Shown one piece after another: positions 57,342 through 64,000 of a stretch of 64,000 nt of DNA. A program made the position numbers and the translations under genes. Under the pieces are notes generated by a model. It ran no database searches. It worked only from the letters and a program-made list of their open reading frames with translations, and was not told where the DNA came from. The number at the start of each line of letters is the position of its first letter. The stretch's first letter is position 1. Source of the stretch: Candidatus Abzuiibacterium crystallinum (lineage in GTDB: Bacteria > Omnitrophota > Omnitrophia > Omnitrophales > Abzuiibacteriaceae); contig PCVY01000016.1 in the NCBI GenBank assembly GCA_002787155.1, forward strand, positions 71,884-135,883, read 5' to 3'.

Positions 57342-58391
57342 TTAGGCTGTCGGTTTTTGAGTGGGGTTTGCCGAACCGGTATGATGGTTTTGCTCTCTGA
57401 TCTTCAATTCTTCGATGATATGGTTATTGACTTGATTTTCAACCATATTGGCTCCCGTCCGAATTGCATTTCGAATGGCTCTGGCTGACGATATGCCATG
57501 CCCAATGATAACCACCCCGTCAACCCCTAAGAGGGGCGCTCCGCCCGCTTCTTCATAATTGGTTTGGCGTCGAATAGACTCAAATGCATTTTGACAAAAG
57601 AAGGCGCCTATTTTTGCTAAAAAATCTTTCTTGATTTCATTACTGACCAAACTGACAAAAACTTCGATAATACTTTCAATCATCTTTAAAACAACGTTGC
57701 CAACAAAACCATCGCAAACAATGCAATCGGCTTTGCCGCCAAAGAAATCTCTGCCCTCAATATTGCCGATAAAATTAATGCCGGAATCACGCAGCATGCG
57801 ATAAGCATCCTGCAAGACTTCCGTTCCCTTTGATTCTTCTTCGCCAATATTAAGTAAGGCAACCGCCGGTTTCTTCTTCTTTAATAAGAAGCGAGAGTAT
57901 GCCTCGCCCATGATGGCATATTGAACCAAATGATGAGCCGAAGGATCAATATTAGCACCCACATCCAAAGCGAGTGAAATGCCGTGAAGGGTCGGAAACG
58001 TGATAGCGATCCCGGGCCTGGTAACACCCGGCAGTAAACCAAGATTTAAAGTTGCCCCTGCAACAACAGCGCCTGTATTGCCTGCGCTAATAACAGCGTC
58101 CACTTCTTTTCTTTTTAAAAGATCAATGCAAACCGCTAAAGAAGAATCCTTCTTCTTTTTAATTGCTTTGACAGGTGAATCTCCCATGTCAATTACTTCA
58201 GAGGCATGGTGAATCGATATTTGTCCGCCTTGTACTTTATGCTTCTTAAGTTCACGCTTAATAGCATCCTCGCGCCCTACAATGACGATCTCGTCAATAT
58301 CGGTGTAAGCCAGTGCAGCTTCTACCGCCCCATCAACAATTGTTTGCGGAGCGTAATCGCCCCCCATCCCGTCAACAGCGACTTTAATCAT
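57342..58391 (-). CDS. plsX: Phosphate acyltransferase PlsX
   Basis: MIKVAVDGMGGDYAP N-terminus. 349 aa. Confidence 0.9.
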   Translation of the reverse strand: MIKVAVDGMGGDYAPQTIVDGAVEAALAYTDIDEIVIVGREDAIKRELKKHKVQGGQISIHHASEVIDMGDSPVKAIKKKKDSSLAVCIDLLKRKEVDAVISAGNTGAVVAGATLNLGLLPGVTRPGIAITFPTLHGISLALDVGANIDPSAHHLVQYAIMGEAYSRFLLKKKKPAVALLNIGEEESKGTEVLQDAYRMLRDSGINFIGNIEGRDFFGGKADCIVCDGFVGNVVLKMIESIIEVFVSLVSNEIKKDFLAKIGAFFCQNAFESIRRQTNYEEAGGAPLLGVDGVVIIGHGISSARAIRNAIRTGANMVENQVNNHIIEELKIREQNHHTGSANPTQKPTA

Positions 58392-58585
58392 TTCTCACTC
58401 TTCGACTTCATTTTAATGGTAACCACTTGACGCCCCTTGTAATAACCGCATGCAGGACAAATCCGGTGCGGTGCGATCATGGCGCCGCAATTAGAACACT
58501 TAGAAAGTGATTTTGCATGAACGGCGTCATGAGAACGTCTTAAGCTCGATCGTTCATTTGAATGTCTTCGTTTCGGATGTGCCAT
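58388..58585 (-). CDS. rpmF: 50S ribosomal protein L32
   Basis: MAHPKRRHSNERSSLRRSHDA...CSNCG...CPACGYY zinc-ribbon L32. Start trimmed from the ORF-track Met to MAHPKRR. Confidence 0.8.
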   Translation of the reverse strand: MAHPKRRHSNERSSLRRSHDAVHAKSLSKCSNCGAMIAPHRICPACGYYKGRQVVTIKMKSKSEK

Positions 58586-58602
58586 AAAAACTCCTTCGTC
58601 AG

Positions 58603-59064
58603 TTAGGTATTGCTGAACCACTTTTTTAAATTCTTAAAGGAATCTGCCTTGCGCGTTTCGCGACAGTGACACTTTGACGTGTTGAGATCAATACCGCAAT
58701 GAGGGCACAAACCTTTACACTCCGAATCACACAGAAAACGTTCAGGCTGATCTAAAATCAATGAATCACGAATATCGTCAGAGAGATCTATTTCTTTTAG
58801 GCCTTTGATATCATAAGCGTAGTCAACTGATTCATCAATGTTATTCACTACTTTTTTTAGACATCGCGCACATGTTTGTTCGCGGGTACAATAGATATGA
58901 CCTCGAAACACGAGTGTATTTAGATTTTTTTCGGCGTTTCCCCGCACGGTCACTTCCCCCACATAATGCATATCTACCGCGTCAATGTCGAGTGTGCCTG
59001 CCGGCAAAATTTCCTCGATCGGTGTCGGTGTGCTGTCTTTGAGTTGCAAAACCTGGATAATCAT
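58603..59064 (-). CDS. yceD: YceD/DUF177 family protein (23S rRNA accumulation protein)
   Basis: 153 aa. C-terminal CxxC...CxxC. Conserved position upstream of rpmF-plsX. Confidence 0.7.
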   Translation of the reverse strand: MIIQVLQLKDSTPTPIEEILPAGTLDIDAVDMHYVGEVTVRGNAEKNLNTLVFRGHIYCTREQTCARCLKKVVNNIDESVDYAYDIKGLKEIDLSDDIRDSLILDQPERFLCDSECKGLCPHCGIDLNTSKCHCRETRKADSFKNLKKWFSNT

Positions 59065-59068
59065 CGGT

Positions 59069-59557
59069 TCACATTAACTTTTTCTTAATTTCATTCATAA
59101 CAAAAGGAGGTACAAACGTATCCACATTACCGCCGTATTTCGCAATTTCTTTTACTAATTTTGAGGATAGATAAAAATGTTTTTCGGAAGGCATCAGAAA
59201 AATGGTGTCAATGTCTTTTGCCAATGTCCGATTCGTCATCGCCATTTGGAACTCATAGTCAAAATCAGAAGTTGCCCGCAATCCCCGAATCAACGTCTGA
59301 ATGTTATGTTTTCGCGCAAATGCAACACTTAATCCATCAAAAGCATGCACATGAACCCGTTTTAGTCCCTTTAGTGCCCGCTGCATCATCTCAACCCGCT
59401 CGGCAACACTAAACAACGCTACCTTATCCTCATTAGTCGCAATAGCAACATAAACCTCGTCAAACAATGCCAGCGCACGTTTAATAAGGTCAAGATGGCC
59501 ATAGGTAATGGGATCAAAACTGCCGGGGTATAAAGCTTTTCGCTTTGAGTGCTTCAT
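59069..59557 (-). CDS. coaD: Phosphopantetheine adenylyltransferase
   Basis: YPGSFDPITYGHLDLI nucleotidyltransferase motif. 162 aa. Confidence 0.9.
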   Translation of the reverse strand: MKHSKRKALYPGSFDPITYGHLDLIKRALALFDEVYVAIATNEDKVALFSVAERVEMMQRALKGLKRVHVHAFDGLSVAFARKHNIQTLIRGLRATSDFDYEFQMAMTNRTLAKDIDTIFLMPSEKHFYLSSKLVKEIAKYGGNVDTFVPPFVMNEIKKKLM

Positions 59558-60141
59558 AGGTCTTTTTTAACTTGCGAGCATGGTTCTATTGCCATCAATA
59601 CGCTAATAAAAGCTTGTCCCAGAGGCCGGTCGGTTTCTAGCTGAAATCTCCTAATTCCGGCTAATTCCATACCCTCCTGGCTTGCCCGATGGATGACGAT
59701 TTTACCAAATTTTGGCAATATAACAGAACGCTCTAATTGACGCAATGTTTTTTTTATAAGTCCTTTATTGTAAGGAGGATCCAAGAAAATAAGATCGTAG
59801 GAAAAAGCGCGTTGTGATAACCGGCGGATGACTTGGGAGGCTGAACCTTGAAAAATGTCATACCGGTCACGGGTGACCCCTAATGAATCTAGATTCTTTT
59901 TAATCATGCCTATCGCTTCCAAGTCCTGTTCCACAAATGTGACATGGTTAGCCCCCCGACTAATGGCTTCCAAACCGACACTTCCGCTCCCCGCGAACAG
60001 ATCTAGAACTTTCAAACCATCCAGCGTTTGTCCTAAAATATTAAAGACACTCTCGCGCATCCGATCCATCATGGGACGCGTTATTTTTGCTTTAGGAAAA
60101 TCGATGAGCCGGCTTTTAAAAACACCGGCGATAATTCGCAT
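59554..60141 (-). CDS. rsmD: 16S rRNA (guanine966-N2)-methyltransferase RsmD
   Basis: LDLFAGSGSVGLEA and DPPY motifs. Paired with coaD. Confidence 0.8.
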   Translation of the reverse strand: MRIIAGVFKSRLIDFPKAKITRPMMDRMRESVFNILGQTLDGLKVLDLFAGSGSVGLEAISRGANHVTFVEQDLEAIGMIKKNLDSLGVTRDRYDIFQGSASQVIRRLSQRAFSYDLIFLDPPYNKGLIKKTLRQLERSVILPKFGKIVIHRASQEGMELAGIRRFQLETDRPLGQAFISVLMAIEPCSQVKKDL

Positions 60142-60147
60142 TTTAAT

Positions 60148-62235
60148 TTAACCTGTCATTTCTTTCAAACGTTGGTGCTCAGACGCGTTCAGATCGGGAT
60201 CTGTTTGCAAAAGATTCTTAGCTTCCTGACGGGCAATTTTTAACCACTCATGATCACGGGATAGGTGAGCTATTTTAAAAAACGGCACCCCGCTTTGTCT
60301 GACACCTAAAAATTCACCCGGCCCTCTTAATTTCAAATCTTCCTCGGCGATCTCAAAGCCGTCTTGTGACTGTGTTAGTATTTTAATACGTTTGAGCGCA
60401 TCTTCCGCCTGATGATCCGAAACCAAGTAACAGACAGAAGGTTTGACGCCTCTGCCGATTCGTCCGCGTATTTGATGTAATTGCGAAAGACCAAACCGTT
60501 CGGCATGTTTAATCACCATCACGGTTGCATTTGGATTATCGACGCCCACCTCAACGACGGTAGTGGCAATTAAAATTTTAATGAGCCCTTTACGAAAAGA
60601 TTCCATGACTCTTTCGCGATCTTCATACCCCAACCGACCATGCACCAACCCGATGGGTATTGATTTCAGCGGCCCATTTTTAAGCCGATCATATTCCTGG
60701 ACAGCTGCTTGTAATTCGTTTTTTTGATTTTCTTCAATCATGGGAAAAATGATGTAGGCTTGCTCCCCTTGAGCGACTTTGGCTCTGATCGTTGTCATGA
60801 GCTTTGATTCGTCGACCGAAGAGATGCTAACGGTTTTAATGGGCTGCCGCCCTTTTGGCAATTCCCGAATGGTTGAAATATCAAAATCACCGTAAACAGT
60901 TAACCCTAAAGTCCGCGGGATTGGGGTTGCTGACATGATGAGCAGATGAGGCCGCGGCACGCGGGCTAGCAACTGAGAACGCTGTTTGACTCCAAACTTA
61001 TGCTGCTCATCGATCACTACCAAACCCAAATTCTTAAATTGAACCGTCTCCTGCAAAACTGCATGGGTGCCGACCAAGACATCAATACCGCCTGAGGCAA
61101 GCTGTTCAAGCACGCGAACACGTTCCTCGCCCGTGATACTGGCAGTTAAAAGTGCGACCTTAAGAGCGGTTCCTTTTAGAATCTTTGTCATGGTCTCCAT
61201 GTGCTGTTCTGCCAAAACCTCAGTCGGAATCAGAAAAACACTTTGGCACTGATTGCGTTTGGCAAGCGCCATCATAAACGCAGCCACCACTGTTTTGCCG
61301 GAACCCACCTCTCCCTGAAGTAATCGCGTCATGGGAGCCGGTTGACTCATGTCGCCCGCAATCTCTCGAATAACAGTTTCTTGATCTTTGGTTAATTGAA
61401 AAGGCAAACGCGCAGTGAACTCTTTTAAGGTGTCTGCAGCATATTGAAAGGGAATAGCTTTCTTTCGTTTCACGGTTTGCTGCTTGCGCATCAATCGAAG
61501 ACCTAGCAAAAAAAAGTCGTCAAAAATAAGGCGTTTTCTAGCTTCTTCTAACATTTCAAAACTCTCAGGAAAATGCAGCTGCCTGACAGCGGTGGGCAAC
61601 CCCATAAAATGTAAACGTTTTTGAATGGACGCCGGCAAATAGTCCTGCACACATTTGTCCATCTCATGCTCGACAACGGATTTCATGATGACGCGCAAAG
61701 ACCGTTGAAACAGACCTTCTGTGAGGGGATAGATTGGTGTAATGCGTCCGGTATGAACGGGGTTTTCTTCGTCAATATCAATAATTTCATATTCTGGCTG
61801 CGTCATTTGCAAACGGTTTTGATATAGCTCCGCTTTGCCGCTTATGATGATGTGAGTATTTTCGTGAATGATGCGTTTAAGATACGGCTGATTAAACCAA
61901 ATGGCAGAAAAAAGCCCCGTATCATCCTGGATCCACATTTCAAAAAGTTTAAGACGCTTCAACGGTTTTAGCTGCGCGGAAACCACCTTCCCTTGCAAGG
62001 TCACAAAAGCGCCAATCTTCACATCGCTTATTTTGACAAAGTGACTACGGTCTTCGTAGCGCCTCGGGAAGAAATAGAAAAGGTCAGAAACATTTTCAAT
62101 TCCAATACGTTTAAATGCTTCCGCTTTCCGCGGACCAACCCCTTTCAAATAGCGAACAGGTTTTGGTGATTGGGGGGCTGTTTCTGTGGTTTTTGTGTGC
62201 ATATCGCTTGCCAAATCCATCGCCTGTGGTAGCAC
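60148..62235 (-). CDS. recG: ATP-dependent DNA helicase RecG
   Basis: Wedge domain plus SF2 helicase (GEVGSGKT, DEQH). 695 aa. Confidence 0.9.
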   Translation of the reverse strand: MLPQAMDLASDMHTKTTETAPQSPKPVRYLKGVGPRKAEAFKRIGIENVSDLFYFFPRRYEDRSHFVKISDVKIGAFVTLQGKVVSAQLKPLKRLKLFEMWIQDDTGLFSAIWFNQPYLKRIIHENTHIIISGKAELYQNRLQMTQPEYEIIDIDEENPVHTGRITPIYPLTEGLFQRSLRVIMKSVVEHEMDKCVQDYLPASIQKRLHFMGLPTAVRQLHFPESFEMLEEARKRLIFDDFFLLGLRLMRKQQTVKRKKAIPFQYAADTLKEFTARLPFQLTKDQETVIREIAGDMSQPAPMTRLLQGEVGSGKTVVAAFMMALAKRNQCQSVFLIPTEVLAEQHMETMTKILKGTALKVALLTASITGEERVRVLEQLASGGIDVLVGTHAVLQETVQFKNLGLVVIDEQHKFGVKQRSQLLARVPRPHLLIMSATPIPRTLGLTVYGDFDISTIRELPKGRQPIKTVSISSVDESKLMTTIRAKVAQGEQAYIIFPMIEENQKNELQAAVQEYDRLKNGPLKSIPIGLVHGRLGYEDRERVMESFRKGLIKILIATTVVEVGVDNPNATVMVIKHAERFGLSQLHQIRGRIGRGVKPSVCYLVSDHQAEDALKRIKILTQSQDGFEIAEEDLKLRGPGEFLGVRQSGVPFFKIAHLSRDHEWLKIARQEAKNLLQTDPDLNASEHQRLKEMTG

Positions 62236-62285
62236 AATAATTCCGTCTTAAGTAACAGTATAAACAAAACGATGAAACAAACCAG

Positions 62286-62687
62286 CTATTCGGCAGCTGA
62301 GTCAGGTGGGGTTGGCTTCTCTTCTGCCGGAGTTGCTGTATCGGTTGGCGCTGCGGTTGACTCGCCTTTTGTTTCTTCTGCCTTGATTTTATTCAAAACT
62401 TCTTTGATTTTATTGACATCAACCTGAGTTTGCGGCGTATTGCTAAATAGTGATTTAGACTTTTTGGTTTCCAAGATTGCAAGCGCAATGCAAGTGGTTA
62501 AGAAAATAATGGCAGCCACGGAGGTTGCTTTCGCTAGAAAACTGGCCGATTTGGTTCCAAAAAATGATTGCGGCGTACCGCCAAAAGTTCCCCAGCTCAG
62601 TCCGCTCCCCCGTCCGGCTTGCAGCAAAATAACCAAGATCAGAATAAAACAAACGATGACATGAATAATTACAATAAACGTTGTCAT
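62286..62687 (-). CDS. secG: Preprotein translocase subunit SecG with a low-complexity C-terminal extension
   Basis: VIIHVIVCFILILVILLQAGRGSGL SecG signature. Second transmembrane helix. T/P/A/E-rich ~45-aa tail. Confidence 0.75.
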   Translation of the reverse strand: MTTFIVIIHVIVCFILILVILLQAGRGSGLSWGTFGGTPQSFFGTKSASFLAKATSVAAIIFLTTCIALAILETKKSKSLFSNTPQTQVDVNKIKEVLNKIKAEETKGESTAAPTDTATPAEEKPTPPDSAAE

Positions 62688-62689
62688 TT

Positions 62690-63472
62690 TTAGTTACCTC
62701 GTGCGCCAGAAAGATGTGTGGAGTTTGTGACGATTTGAATAAAAGATTCCGCTTTCAACGAAGCGCCCCCTACTAACGCGCCGTCTAAATTTGGTTTTTC
62801 CATTAATTGCGTAATATTGTCTGGTTTGACACTGCCGCCGTACAGAATGCGAACCTTACTTGCGGTGTCATCACCATATTTTTCAATTAATAATCGACGA
62901 ATATAAGAATGCATTTGTTCGGCTTGCTCAGGGGTTGCTGTTTTTCCCGTTCCGATTGCCCACACCGGCTCGTAAGCGATCACGATTCGTTCTAAATCTT
63001 TTGCTTCCAAATGAGCCAGCGAACCTTCAAATTGCTTTTTAACCACTTCAAAAGCTTGGCGCGCTTCCCGCTGCTCAAGCGTTTCTCCAATGCAGACAAT
63101 CGGAATAAAACTGTACTTCAATGCTGCAAGTACTTTTTTATTAATGAGCTCATCTGATTCTTTAAAGTGCTGCCGCCTCTCGGAGTGGCCTAAAATAACA
63201 TATCGGCACCCAACCTCTTTTAGCATGAGAGGAGATATTTCACCCGTAAACGCCCCTTCAGACTCATAATGCATATTTTGAGCACCCAAATCAATTTTAC
63301 TGCCTTGAAGTGCTTCATTTGCAGCTTGCAATGCTGTAAAAGGTACGCAAACTGCGATATTGACCTCAGTAGCTGCGCGGACCCCTGCTTTAATGGCATT
63401 GATCAAAGTAGTGGCTTCTGAAATGCTTTTGTACATTTTCCAATTTCCAACAATCAGCGAATAGGTCATCAA
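62690..63472 (-). CDS. tpiA: Triosephosphate isomerase
   Basis: [20 protein letters not shown] and [10 protein letters not shown] motifs. Confidence 0.9.
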   Translation of the reverse strand: MMTYSLIVGNWKMYKSISEATTLINAIKAGVRAATEVNIAVCVPFTALQAANEALQGSKIDLGAQNMHYESEGAFTGEISPLMLKEVGCRYVILGHSERRQHFKESDELINKKVLAALKYSFIPIVCIGETLEQREARQAFEVVKKQFEGSLAHLEAKDLERIVIAYEPVWAIGTGKTATPEQAEQMHSYIRRLLIEKYGDDTASKVRILYGGSVKPDNITQLMEKPNLDGALVGGASLKAESFIQIVTNSTHLSGARGN

Positions 63473-64000
63473 GCAACTCCCGATTTTTCTTTATCGTTAA
63501 GGACTTTGATTCCAGGTAATTCAATGCCTTCCAAATATTCCAAGGAGGCACCGCCGCCGGTTGAAATGTGTGAGACCTTGCCTTCGAAACCGAATTGCGT
63601 GATGGCTGCTGCCGTGTCTCCGCCGCCAATAATGGTGGTCGCTTGACTTTCAGACAAGGTTTTTGCTAACGCCAACGTTCCTGCGGCAAATGGCTTCAAC
63701 TCAAATATGCCGACAGGGCCATTCCAAATAATTGTTTTTGCTTTTTTTAAAACGTTTTGAAAGGCGGCGGTTGTTTTTGGTCCGATGTCGACGCCAAGCC
63801 ACCCATTCGGAATATCATCAGCTGCAATTTTGGTTTCGGCAGCCGCGTCTACTTTTTGAACAATAACATGATCGGTCGGTAGCAATAACTCAACCTTCTT
63901 TTCTTTTGCTGCTTGAATGACTGAATTGGCAATCGCAATACCATTTTCATCTTCGACTTTTGAATTCCCCACTTCTCGTCCCATGGCCTTTAAAAAAGTG
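63469..64000 (-). CDS. pgk: Phosphoglycerate kinase. Only the C-terminal part is present: the frame remains open to the window edge, so the N-terminus lies beyond 64000.
   Basis: [11 protein letters not shown] and [12 protein letters not shown]-domain motifs. The reverse frame has no stop between 63984 and 64000 (...[10 protein letters not shown]). Confidence 0.9.
   Translation of the reverse strand, partial: TFLKAMGREVGNSKVEDENGIAIANSVIQAAKEKKVELLLPTDHVIVQKVDAAAETKIAADDIPNGWLGVDIGPKTTAAFQNVLKKAKTIIWNGPVGIFELKPFAAGTLALAKTLSESQATTIIGGGDTAAAITQFGFEGKVSHISTGGGASLEYLEGIELPGIKVLNDKEKSGVA

Noticed and set aside
1-64000. Whole-window search for CRISPR arrays, rRNA, tRNA and IS/transposase/integrase genes
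   Set aside because: No regularly spaced direct repeats. No tRNA-like T-loop (GTTCGAATC) found in the intergenic regions inspected. No transposase or integrase ORFs. Apart from the 20-bp intergenic repeat, the window looks like core chromosome.

Overview
The window is bacterial chromosomal DNA of about 45% GC, densely packed with genes. Gene orientation is perfectly bipartite. Every credible gene from 1 to 21713 is on the + strand, and every credible gene from 21782 to 64000 is on the - strand. The 68-bp gap where the two halves meet contains a 28-bp sequence that closely matches the XerC/D dif consensus. I therefore read this window as spanning the replication terminus.

The left half carries a complete type IVa pilus (T4aP) locus:
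- pilB (5'-truncated) and pilC
- the pilS/pilR two-component pair
- pilA, which has a candidate sigma54 promoter, an upstream inverted repeat and an intrinsic terminator
- an unusual TMTC-like GT-C membrane protein with C-terminal TPRs
- pilMNOPQ

Downstream of the pilus locus are RNase G and three small genes, one of which encodes a lysine-rich histone-like protein. After these come a BT1-family MFS transporter, acylphosphatase, CCA tRNA nucleotidyltransferase, an ACT-domain protein, peptide deformylase and a HEAT-repeat protein.

The right half carries the following on the - strand:
- a Bat/MoxR-vWA aerotolerance-like array (batC-like, batB, batA, BatD-like, DUF58, moxR, BatD-like) fused directly downstream of dnaK
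- a cytoplasmic PAS histidine kinase with a sigma54 activator, translationally coupled to a contiguous alaS-hisDBHA-x-hisF-trpEGDCF array
- recA with its promoter, a recA-recX terminator, recX, and a PC4/YdbC-like small gene just upstream of recA
- plsY-der-pgsA-smc, then fabF-acpP-fabG-fabD-fabH-plsX-rpmF-yceD, then coaD-rsmD-recG-secG-tpiA and pgk, which is 5'-truncated at the window end

I found no CRISPR array, rRNA, tRNA or obvious IS/transposase. The most interesting signals are:
- the dif-like site at the strand switch
- the TMTC-like GT-C/TPR protein inside the pilus locus, immediately after a pilin with a Ser/Thr-rich tail
- a sigma54-type promoter variant, TGGCAY-N5-TTGA, that recurs in front of pilA and dnaK
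- a 20-bp intergenic inverted repeat present in three copies between the TMTC-like gene and pilM
- the dnaK-MoxR-vWA operon-like fusion
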